From NCBI GenBank assembly GCA_944387685.1, contig CALXFW010000059.1, positions 3,761 through 67,760 on the forward strand: a stretch of 64,000 nucleotides of DNA, given 5' to 3'. The DNA comes from an uncultured Oscillospiraceae bacterium. GTDB lineage: Bacteria > Bacillota > Clostridia > Oscillospirales > Oscillospiraceae. The first letter of the stretch is position 1. Each line of letters starts with the position of its first letter. Below are positions 53,845-63,763 of this stretch, in pieces. A program made the translations under genes and the position numbers. The notes below the pieces were generated by a model that was given only the letters and a program-made list of their open reading frames with translations, did not search any database and was not told the origin of the DNA.

Positions 53845-55584
53845 TCAGTGGGCAAACTGGCTCATGTACAGCTGGGCATAGAAGCCCCGCTTCTGCAGCA
53901 GCTCCTCATGTCTTCCCTGCTCCACAATGTGGCCGCTGCGCATCACCAGAATCAGGTCAGCCTCCTGAATGGTGGACAGGCGGTGGGCCACGATGAAGGA
54001 GGTCCTCCCCTGCATCATGGTGTCGAAGGCCTTCTGAATCCGGATTTCCGTCCGGGTGTCAATGGAAGAGGTAGCCTCATCCAGGAACAGCATGGGCGGC
54101 AGGCACAGCATCACCCGGGCAATGCACAGCAGCTGCTTCTGTCCCTGGGACAGGTTGCCCCCGGCCTCGGAAATCACCGTATCGTACCCTTCCGGCAGGC
54201 GGCGGATAAAGCTGTGGGCATGGGCCTGCTTTGCCGCTGCCTCAATCTCCTCCTGGGTAGCGTCGGGCTTGCCCATGGCGATATTTTCCCGGATGGTTCC
54301 CGCTTTCAGCCAGGTGTCCTGGAGCACCATGCCCACACACCGGCGCAGCTCACCCCGGTTCATATCCCGAGTGTTGACGCCATCCAGCCGGATTTCCCCT
54401 CCCTGGGGATCATAAAAGCGCATCAGCAGGTTGATAAAGGTGGTCTTGCCGCAGCCGGTGGGACCCACAATGGCAATCCGCTGGCCCGGCTTTACGGAGA
54501 GATTGAAGTTGTCAATCAGAGGCTTCTCCGGCACATAGGAGAATTTCAGGTCCCGAATTTCCACGGCGCCCTCCACCTTCTCCGGCCGCTGGGGATGCTT
54601 CGGCTCCGGTGTCCGGGCAGGAGCCTCGATCAGCTCAAAGACCCGGGAGGAGCAGGCCAAAGCGTTCTGCAGCTCGGTGATAACCCCGGAAATCTCATTG
54701 AAGGGTTTGGTGTACTGATTGGCGTAGTTCAGGAAGCTGGTCAGGTTGCCAACGGTAATGCCTCCGCCAATGGCAATCAGGGCACCGGTGAGTCCCACCC
54801 CCGCATAGGCCAGGGAGTTGACAAACCGGGTGCAGGGATTGACCAGGGAGGAGAAGAATATCGCCCGCAGCGAGGCCTTTTCCAGCCGGGCGTTGATTTC
54901 ATCAAACTGCTCCATAGAGGCCTTCTCATGGCCGAATGCCTGCACCACTTTGATGTTGCCGATGGTCTCGTCAATCAGAGAGGTCTGCTCACCCCGGGTC
55001 ACCGTCTGGAGCCGGAACATGGAGTAGGTCCGGGTGGCGATGAAATTGGCCACCACCAGAGACAGCGGAGTGATGCACACCACCACCAGGGCGGTGCCCC
55101 AATGAATCCGCATCATGAACACCAAGGTGCCCAGGATAGTCATAATACCGGTGAACAGCTGGGTAAAGCCCATAAGCAAGCCGTCGGCAAAGGTATCCAC
55201 ATCCGCAATCACCCGGCTGACCAGGTCGCCCTGGGCGTGCTGGTCCAGGTAGGAGATGGGAAGCACCTGAATGTGCCGGAAGGCCTCATTCCGGATATCC
55301 CGGGTCACCTGGTAGGTCATCCGGTTGCAAAGCTCGCTCGTAATCCACTGCGCCAGCCCGCCAATGGCGGCACAGAGAATCACGCCCCGGAGGAACACCC
55401 ACATCTGGTCAAAATCTACCTGCCCCGCATCCACAATGCAGTCAATGGCGTTGCCCACCAGAATGGGAATGTACAAAGTCATGCCCACATTGACGGTTGC
55501 CAGCACAATGGCGGCAATCAGGGTGGGCCAATACCGGCGAATCCGCAGCAGGACCTTCTTCATGGTTTGCCATTGACTAAGCAT
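53845..55584 (-). CDS. Heterodimeric ABC exporter, subunit with consensus catalytic residues
   Basis: TMD plus GPTGCGKT, LSQGQ, LDEAT and AHR motifs; start MLSQWQ. Confidence 0.9.
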   Translation of the reverse strand: MLSQWQTMKKVLLRIRRYWPTLIAAIVLATVNVGMTLYIPILVGNAIDCIVDAGQVDFDQMWVFLRGVILCAAIGGLAQWITSELCNRMTYQVTRDIRNEAFRHIQVLPISYLDQHAQGDLVSRVIADVDTFADGLLMGFTQLFTGIMTILGTLVFMMRIHWGTALVVVCITPLSLVVANFIATRTYSMFRLQTVTRGEQTSLIDETIGNIKVVQAFGHEKASMEQFDEINARLEKASLRAIFFSSLVNPCTRFVNSLAYAGVGLTGALIAIGGGITVGNLTSFLNYANQYTKPFNEISGVITELQNALACSSRVFELIEAPARTPEPKHPQRPEKVEGAVEIRDLKFSYVPEKPLIDNFNLSVKPGQRIAIVGPTGCGKTTFINLLMRFYDPQGGEIRLDGVNTRDMNRGELRRCVGMVLQDTWLKAGTIRENIAMGKPDATQEEIEAAAKQAHAHSFIRRLPEGYDTVISEAGGNLSQGQKQLLCIARVMLCLPPMLFLDEATSSIDTRTEIRIQKAFDTMMQGRTSFIVAHRLSTIQEADLILVMRSGHIVEQGRHEELLQKRGFYAQLYMSQFAH

Positions 55585-57304
55585 CGTGCCGCACCTCCTT
55601 GGGGAACTGAGAATAGTAAATTTCCTGATAAACCGGGCAGGTCTCCAGCAGCTGGTCATGGGTCCCCTGTCCCACCAGAATGCCGTCGTCCAGCACCAGA
55701 ATTTCATCCGCATAGCGCACCGAAGCCGCCCGCTGAGACACCAGGAACGTGGTCGGGGGATTTTCCATCCTCCGGATGGCCATCCGCAGATTGGCATCGG
55801 TGGCATAGTCCAGAGCGGAGCCACTGTCGTCCAGAATCAGGATTTTGGGCTTGCGCACCAGCGCTCTGGCGATGGTCAGACGCTGGCGCTGGCCGCCGGA
55901 AAAATTCACGCCTCCCTGCTCCACCGGGGCGTTCAGCTCCCCTTCCTTGTCCTTCACCACTTCCCGGGCCTGGGCGGTTTCCAGCGCCGCCCACAGCTCC
56001 TCATCCGACGCCTCCGGGTTGCCCCAAAGCAGGTTCTCCCGGATGGTGCCTTTGAACAGCACCGCCTTCTGGGGTACCAGACCAATGGCCTGGTGCAGGG
56101 CTTCCGGATCGTATGCGGCAGCCTCCACACCATCCAGCAGCACCTGGCCGGACAGGGCGTCATACAGCCGGGGAATCAGGTTCACCAGGGTGGTTTTGCC
56201 GGAGCCGGTGCCGCCGATGATGCCGATGGTCTGACCGGGCTGGGCGTGGAAGCTGATGTGCTCCAGAGACGGATTTGCCGCGCCTCCATACTGGGCGGTC
56301 ACGTCCCGGAACTCCACTTCACCTCGAAGGTTTTCTGCTCCCCGGCTGCCGGGCTGCTGGCTGCTCTTCAGCTCCAGCACCTTGGCCACCCGATTGGCGC
56401 AGGCCAGGGACTTGGAGATGGTGATAATCAGATTGGCCATCTTGATCAGCTCCACCAGAATCTGGGACATATAGTTGTAAAGCGCAATCACCAGGCCCTG
56501 GGTCAGAATCCCGCTTTCCACCTGAATGGCGCCAACCCGCACCAGCAGGACCACCGCCAGATTGATAACCACATAGGTCAGAGGGTTCATCAAGGCAGAT
56601 ACCCGGCCCGCAATCAGCTGAGCCTGCGTCAGCTGGGCCGTGCTGCCGCAGAAGGACTCCACCTCTGTATCCTCCTTGCAGAAGGCCCGGAGCACCCGGA
56701 CACCGGACAGGTTCTGACGGGTGGCGGAGGTCACGCCGTCCAGGGACACCTGCACCCGGCGGTACATGGGCATGGTGATGAGCATCAGGCCAAAGACAAT
56801 GACGCACAGCACCGGAATGACCCCGACAAATACCAACGCCGCAGAGAAATCAATGGTAAACGCCATTATCATGGCGCCGAACACCACAAAGGGAGATCGC
56901 AGCAGCAGCCGCAGGGTCAGATTCACACCATTTTGCACCTGGTTGACATCCGAGGTCATCCGGGTAATCATGGTGGAGCTGCCCAGCTGGTCCACCTGGC
57001 TGTAGCTCAGGCCCAGAATATTCTCCATCAGGGCATGGCGCAGCCGGGTGGAAAAGCCCACCGCCGCCACAGCGGAAAAATACTGGGCCGACACGGACAT
57101 AATCAGGCCCACCACGCCAAGCGCCACCATCACCAGGCACATCTGCACCACATAGCCCCGGTTCCCGGCAGCAATTCCCTGGTCCACGATTCTAGCCACC
57201 ACCAGGGGAACAAGCAGCTCAAACAGCGCCTCCAGCAGCTTGAACAGCGGGCCCAGAACGCACTGTTTTTCATAGCCTTTCATGTATCGCAAAAGCTGTT
57301 TCAC
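55577..57304 (-). CDS. Heterodimeric ABC exporter, degenerate subunit
   Basis: GGTGSGKT, FSGGQ, LDDSG (E to D) and SQR (H to Q); GTG start after GGAGG; TTGCAA-17-TATAAT promoter at 57358-57330. Confidence 0.9.
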   Translation of the reverse strand: MKQLLRYMKGYEKQCVLGPLFKLLEALFELLVPLVVARIVDQGIAAGNRGYVVQMCLVMVALGVVGLIMSVSAQYFSAVAAVGFSTRLRHALMENILGLSYSQVDQLGSSTMITRMTSDVNQVQNGVNLTLRLLLRSPFVVFGAMIMAFTIDFSAALVFVGVIPVLCVIVFGLMLITMPMYRRVQVSLDGVTSATRQNLSGVRVLRAFCKEDTEVESFCGSTAQLTQAQLIAGRVSALMNPLTYVVINLAVVLLVRVGAIQVESGILTQGLVIALYNYMSQILVELIKMANLIITISKSLACANRVAKVLELKSSQQPGSRGAENLRGEVEFRDVTAQYGGAANPSLEHISFHAQPGQTIGIIGGTGSGKTTLVNLIPRLYDALSGQVLLDGVEAAAYDPEALHQAIGLVPQKAVLFKGTIRENLLWGNPEASDEELWAALETAQAREVVKDKEGELNAPVEQGGVNFSGGQRQRLTIARALVRKPKILILDDSGSALDYATDANLRMAIRRMENPPTTFLVSQRAASVRYADEILVLDDGILVGQGTHDQLLETCPVYQEIYYSQFPKEVRHDA

Positions 57305-57444
57305 GGTACCACCTCCAAAATACGAGGAGATTATACCATCCCTTTTCTGGGATTGCAATGCAGACTGTCAGAGAATCCGCAGTTTCTCCTGACTTTTCTT
57401 CAATGGTTTTCCGGTCCGCAGCCGTGATATTTCTCCGCACACTA

Positions 57445-57473
57445 TTGACAGTTTCAGGGAACAATGCTATGAT
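57445..57473 (+). promoter_or_regulatory. sigmaA promoter of the leader-ABC operon
   Basis: TTGACA-17-TATGAT with a TG extension. Confidence 0.8.
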
Positions 57474-57513
57474 ACGGGTGCTGCAAAAATTTGAAAGAAA
57501 GGAGCTGAGTTTC

Positions 57514-57579
57514 ATGCTGCGTAACCGGAATTTCGTGTGCTACAGGTTCAGAAGCTTTGCTCCTCTGCTGATGCCATAG
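57514..57579 (+). CDS. 21-aa leader peptide MLRNRNFVCYRFRSFAPLLMP
   Basis: Strong AAAGGAG RBS 10 nt upstream; first ORF after the promoter; precedes an intrinsic terminator. Confidence 0.7.
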   Translation: MLRNRNFVCYRFRSFAPLLMP

Positions 57580-57608
57580 GCAGGACCGTTTGTGTCTTAG
57601 TATGTCTC

Positions 57609-57639
57609 AGGGTGCAGGCTTCGGCCTGCACCCTTTTTT
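57609..57639 (+). terminator. Attenuator terminator in the ABC leader
   Basis: AGGGTGCAGGC-TTCG-GCCTGCACCCT-TTTTT, about 80 nt before the ABC start codon. Confidence 0.88.
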
Positions 57640-57718
57640 GCGCTTTTCACACATTTTTCCCGGAGTTCCCGGTTTCTCACGGCCGGGGCATGGGAATGGA
57701 ACAGAATGGAGGAAGGAA

Positions 57719-59545
57719 ATGAAATCCACAAAAAAAGTCCCGCAGACCAGCTCATCCGCCGCTCTGCTGTGGCGGTTTATGCGGGGAGCAAAACGGTACT
57801 TTGTCATCAGCATTCTGGCAGCGGCCATAACCGCCCTGGCGGACATGATTCAGCCCCAGATCGTCCGGGCAGCAGTGGACTGCGCCATCGGCGGCAAGGA
57901 AGGGAATTTCCCCGCCTTCGTCATGGCGCTTGTCAACCGCATGGGCGGCTTTTCCTACCTGGGGCAGCACCTGTGGATCATGGCGCTGGCCATTGTGGTT
58001 GTGGCCTGCTTCCAGGTGGTCAGCCAGTACACCTTTCGGGTAAACAACACCAAGGCAGCGGAAACCCTGGTGAAAACCATGCGGGATCAGCTGTTTTCCC
58101 ACATTGAGCGGCTGCCCTACGCCTGGCACATGAGCAACCGCACCGGCGACATCATTCAGCGCTGCACATCGGACATTGAAACCGCCAAGCGGTTCCTCTC
58201 CGAGCAGCTGACATCCATCTTCCGGATTGTGATTCTGCTGATTTTGTCCATCAGCTTCATGCTCTCCATGCACCAGCCGCTGGCAGGGATTGCCCTGATT
58301 CCCATGCCTTTCATCATCGTCTACTCCTTTTATTTCCACAAGCGGGTGTATGAAGGTTTTCTGGACTGTGACGAGAACGAGGGCAAGCTCTCCGCCATGG
58401 CCCAGGAGAACCTGACCGGCGTCCGGGTGGTCAGGGCCTTCGGTCAGGAGCGGGCGGAAATCGACAAATTCCGGAAGCAGAATGACTACTATACCTCCCT
58501 ATGGGTCAAAATGGGAAAGGTCTTGTCCCAGTTCTGGAGCACCTCCGATGTGCTCTCCGGCGTCCAGGTGATGCTGGTGGTGATTTTCGGCGCGGTGTTC
58601 TGCGTCCGGGGAAGCCTGTCCGAGGGCGAATACATCGCCTTCATCTCCTACAACTCCATGCTGATCTGGCCCATCCGCCAGCTGGGACGGATGATTTCCG
58701 AAATGAGCAAGGCCGGGGTCTCCATTGAGCGGGTGGCCTACATTATGAACTCCCAGGCAGAGCAGGACGATCCAGAGGCCTTTGATGCCCCCATGGACGG
58801 GGATATCCGCTTCGAGCACGTGAATTTCGGCTACGAGAATTCCCCTCAGATGCTCCACGACATCACCTTCACCATGAAGGCCGGTACAACCCTGGGCATT
58901 CTGGGCGGCACCGGCAGCGGAAAGTCCACCATGATGATGCTGCTGGACAAGCTCTACCCCCTGGATGAGAAAAATGGCCGCATCACCATCGGCGGAACCG
59001 ACATCCGCAAAATCCGCACCGCCCACCTGCGGCGCAGCATCGGCATGGTGCTCCAGGAGCCCTTCCTGTTCTCCCGTACCATTGCAGAGAACATTGCCAT
59101 TGTCTCGCCCCGGGTTGACATGACCAGCGTCCGGGCCGCCGCCACTGCCGCCGCTCTGGACGACTCCATTACAGGCTTTGCCGCCGGCTATGAAACCATG
59201 GTTGGGGAACGGGGCGTCACCCTGTCCGGCGGTCAGAAGCAGCGCACCGCCATCGCCCGTACCCTGACCCAGGATACGCCCATCCTCATTTTTGACGACT
59301 CTCTGTCCGCCGTGGATACGGAGACGGACGCCAAAATCCGCAGGGCCATTGCCCAGAAGTTCGGAAAAGCCAGCGTCATCCTCATCTCCCACCGCATCAC
59401 CACCCTGTCCGCCGCCGACAAAATTCTGGTCCTGGATCAGGGCCGGATTGTGGAGGAGGGCACCCACGAAGAGCTGAAGCGGGCCGGCGGAATCTATCAA
59501 AAAATCTACGAGGCCCAGAGCGGCTCTCAGGAGGTGACCGCATAA
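57719..59545 (+). CDS. Heterodimeric ABC exporter, degenerate subunit
   Basis: TMD plus GGTGSGKS, LSGGQ and FDDSL (E to D); start MKSTKK. Confidence 0.9.
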   Translation: MKSTKKVPQTSSSAALLWRFMRGAKRYFVISILAAAITALADMIQPQIVRAAVDCAIGGKEGNFPAFVMALVNRMGGFSYLGQHLWIMALAIVVVACFQVVSQYTFRVNNTKAAETLVKTMRDQLFSHIERLPYAWHMSNRTGDIIQRCTSDIETAKRFLSEQLTSIFRIVILLILSISFMLSMHQPLAGIALIPMPFIIVYSFYFHKRVYEGFLDCDENEGKLSAMAQENLTGVRVVRAFGQERAEIDKFRKQNDYYTSLWVKMGKVLSQFWSTSDVLSGVQVMLVVIFGAVFCVRGSLSEGEYIAFISYNSMLIWPIRQLGRMISEMSKAGVSIERVAYIMNSQAEQDDPEAFDAPMDGDIRFEHVNFGYENSPQMLHDITFTMKAGTTLGILGGTGSGKSTMMMLLDKLYPLDEKNGRITIGGTDIRKIRTAHLRRSIGMVLQEPFLFSRTIAENIAIVSPRVDMTSVRAAATAAALDDSITGFAAGYETMVGERGVTLSGGQKQRTAIARTLTQDTPILIFDDSLSAVDTETDAKIRRAIAQKFGKASVILISHRITTLSAADKILVLDQGRIVEEGTHEELKRAGGIYQKIYEAQSGSQEVTA

Positions 59546-61350
59546 TGAAGGAAACCACCCATTCCCATCTGCCCTACTTTGGAATCGGCAGAATTCTCCC
59601 CTATCTTGGCCCGGTGCGCACCAAAATTCTGATTATGGTGTCCCTTGGCCTGGTGGGCAGCATGACGGATATTGTACTGCCCCTGTTCCAGCGCTACGCC
59701 CTGGACCATTTCATCGGGCTGGGCATTTTCGATACCCTGCTTCCCTTTGTATTGCTGTATCTGTTCACCATATTCACCGCCGCAGGCTCCAACTATGTGG
59801 CCTGCGCCCTGGCCACCGCCGTGGAAATGCTGGTGAACCGGGAGCTGCGTCAGCGGGGATTTGAGCATCTGCAGACCCTGTCCTTCTCCTATTACAACCA
59901 GAACAGCGTGGGCTACATCCACGCCCGGCTGATGAGCGATACCTCCCGCATCGGCTCTCTGGTATCCTGGACCCTGGTGGAAGGGGTATGGCATATGTCC
60001 TACCTGGTGGGGGCCATTGGCGTCATGCTGATCCTGAACCCCCGGCTCGCCGCCATGATTCTGCTCATTCTGCCCCTGCTGGTGATTCTGTTTTCCCTGT
60101 TCCAGCGCAAGCTGATCCGGGTCAACCGGGAAATCCGGGAAATCAACTCCAAAATCACCGGCAACTTCAACGAAGGCATCACCGGGGCGAAAACCATCAA
60201 GTCTCTGGCCATCGAGGAAAAAATGGAGCAGCAGTTCACCGCCGAAACCCAGGTGATGTACACGAAGAGCATTCACGCCTCCCGTCTGCGGGGGCTGTTC
60301 GCCGGCACCATGAACTTTGCCTCCAGCGTGGCCCTGGCCATTGTGCTGTGGAAGGGCGGCTACATTGCCCTGGAAGAAATGGGCACCTTCTCCGTGTTCA
60401 TGTCCTACGCCCAGGGCATGATGGAGCCCCTGCGGTGGCTGGTGGACATCATCTCCGACCTGATTACCACCCAGGTCAACATTGAGCGCTTCACCAACCT
60501 GATGGCCGTCCGCTCCGACGTTACCGATACCCCGGAGGTGGTGGCCAAATACGGCGACAGCATGAATCCCAAAAAGGAAAACTGGGAGCCGGTGAAGGGC
60601 GACATCGAATTCCGGGACGTGACCTTCATCTACCCCGACGGGGAGGAAAAGGTTCTAGAGCATTTCTCCCTGAAAATTCCCTTCGGCACCCATCTGGCCA
60701 TAGTAGGCGAAACCGGCGCGGGAAAATCCACCCTGGTGAATCTGGTCTGCCGGTTCTTTGAACCCACGGAAGGGCAGGTGCTCATTGACGGGCGGGACGC
60801 CCGGGAGCGCTCCCAGCTCTGGCTCCACTCCTCCATCGGCTATGTGCTCCAGACCCCCCATCTGTTCTCCGGCACCGTCCGGGAGAACCTGCTCATGGGC
60901 AACCCCGACGCCACGGAGGAGCAGCTCTGGCAGGCCATCCGGGCAGTGTCCGCCGACGATGTGCTGGCCCACCTGGAAAACGGTCTGGACACCGACGTGG
61001 GCGAGGGGGGCGACCTGCTCTCCACCGGGGAAAAACAGCTGATTTCCTTTGCCCGGGCTGTGCTGGCAGATCCCCGGATTCTGATTCTGGACGAGGCCAC
61101 CGCTTCCGTGGACACCATCACCGAGGCAAAAATCCAGGCAGCCATGGAAAGCGTCACCGCCGGACGGACCTCCCTGATGATTGCCCACCGGCTCTCCACG
61201 GTGAAGGACGCGGACCTGATTCTGGTGGTGCGCAGCGGCAAAATTGTGGAGCAGGGCACCCATCCGGAGCTGCTGAAGCGGCGCGGCTATTACTTTGAGC
61301 TCTATACCCGCCAGTATGAGGAGGAAACCACCGCCAAGTTCCTGGCATAA
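59545..61350 (+). CDS. Heterodimeric ABC exporter, subunit with consensus catalytic residues
   Basis: GETGAGKS, LSTGE, LDEAT and AHR motifs; TAATG coupling to the upstream subunit. Confidence 0.9.
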   Translation: MKETTHSHLPYFGIGRILPYLGPVRTKILIMVSLGLVGSMTDIVLPLFQRYALDHFIGLGIFDTLLPFVLLYLFTIFTAAGSNYVACALATAVEMLVNRELRQRGFEHLQTLSFSYYNQNSVGYIHARLMSDTSRIGSLVSWTLVEGVWHMSYLVGAIGVMLILNPRLAAMILLILPLLVILFSLFQRKLIRVNREIREINSKITGNFNEGITGAKTIKSLAIEEKMEQQFTAETQVMYTKSIHASRLRGLFAGTMNFASSVALAIVLWKGGYIALEEMGTFSVFMSYAQGMMEPLRWLVDIISDLITTQVNIERFTNLMAVRSDVTDTPEVVAKYGDSMNPKKENWEPVKGDIEFRDVTFIYPDGEEKVLEHFSLKIPFGTHLAIVGETGAGKSTLVNLVCRFFEPTEGQVLIDGRDARERSQLWLHSSIGYVLQTPHLFSGTVRENLLMGNPDATEEQLWQAIRAVSADDVLAHLENGLDTDVGEGGDLLSTGEKQLISFARAVLADPRILILDEATASVDTITEAKIQAAMESVTAGRTSLMIAHRLSTVKDADLILVVRSGKIVEQGTHPELLKRRGYYFELYTRQYEEETTAKFLA

Positions 61351-61358
61351 CAAAAAGC

Positions 61359-61441
61359 CGCCCCGGATTCCGGAGGAAACTTCGGAATTCGGGGCGAAAT
61401 AATTCGGGGAAATAAAAACGCTGCTGAAAAAATCAGCAGCG
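61359..61441. terminator. Stem-loops between convergent ABC and rpmB genes
   Basis: CGCCCCGGATTCCGGAG-GAAA-CTTCGGAATTCGGGGCG and CGCTGCTGA-AAAA-ATCAGCAGCG. Confidence 0.65.
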
Positions 61442-61461
61442 GATTTATAGGCCTGGGAAAC

Positions 61462-61650
61462 TCAGATGGCACGCTCAACCTTGTTGGAGCGGAGGCATCT
61501 GGTACAAGCGTACACATGGCAGGGAGTTCCATTCACGACAGCCTTGACGCGCTTGACGTTGGGCTTCCATGCGCGATTGGAACGTCTGTGGGAGTGAGAG
61601 ACCTTAATACCGAACGTTACGCCCTTACCACAAAAATCGCACTTAGCCAT
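61462..61650 (-). CDS. rpmB: 50S ribosomal protein L28 (zinc-ribbon form)
   Basis: MAKCDFCGK...VSHSHRRSNRAWKPNVKRV...CTRCLRS. Confidence 0.96.
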   Translation of the reverse strand: MAKCDFCGKGVTFGIKVSHSHRRSNRAWKPNVKRVKAVVNGTPCHVYACTRCLRSNKVERAI

Positions 61651-61838
61651 TTCATTGCACCTCCCATCCGGATGTTTACTCAACAAACTACGCCCACTGA
61701 AGGCGCTTAGATATGATAGCAAACTTTCCGGGAAAAAGCAAGTATTTTTTTCAAAATTTTTTGTTTTCTGAAAATCTATTGCTATTCTTTCCTGCCACGG
61801 GTATAATAGGAAGATACCGTTTTGCAGAGGTGATATCC

Positions 61839-62786
61839 ATGGTCGATACCTACAGCGTCCCCCTTTGCCAGCTGGTGAAGGAATTTCATCTGGAAACCGT
61901 CTATGCCTCCACGGATTTTTCCTCCATCCGCATCACCGTGGAAGATGTGGCCCGGCCCGGGCTGCAGCTGGCCGGCTATTTTGACCACTATGAGCCCATG
62001 CGTCTGCAGGTTATGGGCAATGTGGAGATGAGCTACATCACAAAGCTCACCCCCGGAGACCGGTGTGCCATCTTTGACCGGCTGTTTTCCTATAAATTCC
62101 CCGCCCTGATCATCGCCCGGAACATTCCGCCCCATCCGGAAATGCTGGCCATGGCCCGAAAGCACAATGTCACCATCCTGCGCACCGGTGAGCCCACCAG
62201 CGCCCTGGTCTCCACCATCATTACCTATCTGAAGGCCGCCCTGGCTCCCCGGATTACCCGGCATGGGGTCCTGGCGGAAATCTACGGCGAGGGTGTGTTC
62301 CTCACCGGCGACAGCGGCATCGGAAAGAGCGAGGCCGCTGTGGAGCTGCTGAAACGGGGGCACCGCCTGATTGCCGACGACGCGGTGGAAATCCGCCGGG
62401 TTGCTACCAATTCCCTGGTGGGCACCGCCCCGGAGCTGATCCGCAACTACATCGAGCTACGTGGCATCGGTATCATCAACGTGGCCAAGCTCTTCGGCAT
62501 GGGCGCCGTCAAGCTGGAGAATGAAATCAATCTGGTGGTGAACATCGTGGCCTGGAACAATCAGGCCCCCTATGACCGGCTGGGTCTGGAGGATCAGTTC
62601 ACAGAGATTCTGGGAGTGAAGGTGCCCATGAACACCATCCCCATCACCCCCGGGCGAAATCTGGCGGTGATTCTGGAGGTCGCCGCCATGAACAACCGCC
62701 AGAAAAAGATGGGCTACAACGCCGCCAGAGAATTTACCGACCAGATGAACCGCCATTTTGACGAGAGTATGGGTTCCAAGCTATGA
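61839..62786 (+). CDS. hprK: HPr kinase/phosphorylase
   Basis: RPGLQLAG, GDSGIGKSE, LIADDAVE, ELRGIGII and PGRN motifs. Confidence 0.96.
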   Translation: MVDTYSVPLCQLVKEFHLETVYASTDFSSIRITVEDVARPGLQLAGYFDHYEPMRLQVMGNVEMSYITKLTPGDRCAIFDRLFSYKFPALIIARNIPPHPEMLAMARKHNVTILRTGEPTSALVSTIITYLKAALAPRITRHGVLAEIYGEGVFLTGDSGIGKSEAAVELLKRGHRLIADDAVEIRRVATNSLVGTAPELIRNYIELRGIGIINVAKLFGMGAVKLENEINLVVNIVAWNNQAPYDRLGLEDQFTEILGVKVPMNTIPITPGRNLAVILEVAAMNNRQKKMGYNAAREFTDQMNRHFDESMGSKL

Positions 62787-63748
62787 AAGAATTGACCATC
62801 GGCCCTAACGATGCGGGGCAGCGCCTGGACCGGTTCCTGGCCAAGGCCGTCCCCCTGCTTCCCGCCTCCCTGGCCCAGAAATACATCCGCATCAAGCGCA
62901 TCAAGCTGGGGGGCAAACGAGTGGAGCGGGATACCCGGCTGAAAGAAGGGGACGTGCTCCAGCTGTATATCAACGACGAATTTTTTGACAAGCCCCGGGA
63001 GGACAACGCCTATCTGACTGTAGCCGTGCCCAAGCTGAACATCGTCTACGAGGATGCGCACATCCTCCTGGTGGACAAGCGCCCCGGGCTGGCGGTTCAT
63101 CCCCACGACGGAGCGGAGTATGGACGGACCCTGATCGACCACATCCAGTCCTACCTCTACCAGAAGCGGGAATGGCGGCCCCGGGAGGAGAACGCCTTCA
63201 CCCCCGCCCTGTGCAACCGGATTGACCGGAACACCGGCGGTATTGTGATTGCCGCCAAAACCGCCGAGGCCCTGCGGGTGATGAACCAGAAGATCAAGGA
63301 CCGGGAGATGGACAAGCGGTATCTTGCCATTGTGGAGGGCATCCCCCGGCCCCGGGAGGGCAATCTGAAAGGGTACCTCTTCAAAGACGCCAAGCAGAAC
63401 CGGGTATTCGTCACCGACACCCCCCAGCCTGGCTCCAAAACCTGTCAGACCAACTACGTCACCCTGGCTTCCCGGAACGGGCTGAGCCTGGTGGAGTGCG
63501 AGCTGATTACCGGCCGCACCCACCAGATTCGCGCCCAGTTTGCCCACGCCGGGCATCCCCTCCTGGGAGACGGGAAGTACGGCAAGCTGGACAAGCGGTT
63601 TGACCGGAATTATCAGGCCCTGTATTCCTACAAGCTGACCTTTCGCTTCACCACCGACGCCGGAGCCCTGGAATACCTGAACGGGAAGTCCTTCCAGGTG
63701 AAGGAGGTAGACTTCGTTCAGGCGTATTTCCCAGGTGTCAACGTATAA
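62783..63748 (+). CDS. RluA/RluC-family pseudouridine synthase with S4 domain
   Basis: GQRLDRFL, NRIDRNTGG and TGRTHQIR motifs. Confidence 0.93.
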   Translation: MKELTIGPNDAGQRLDRFLAKAVPLLPASLAQKYIRIKRIKLGGKRVERDTRLKEGDVLQLYINDEFFDKPREDNAYLTVAVPKLNIVYEDAHILLVDKRPGLAVHPHDGAEYGRTLIDHIQSYLYQKREWRPREENAFTPALCNRIDRNTGGIVIAAKTAEALRVMNQKIKDREMDKRYLAIVEGIPRPREGNLKGYLFKDAKQNRVFVTDTPQPGSKTCQTNYVTLASRNGLSLVECELITGRTHQIRAQFAHAGHPLLGDGKYGKLDKRFDRNYQALYSYKLTFRFTTDAGALEYLNGKSFQVKEVDFVQAYFPGVNV

Positions 63749-63763
63749 AAAGGAGTGTTTTCT

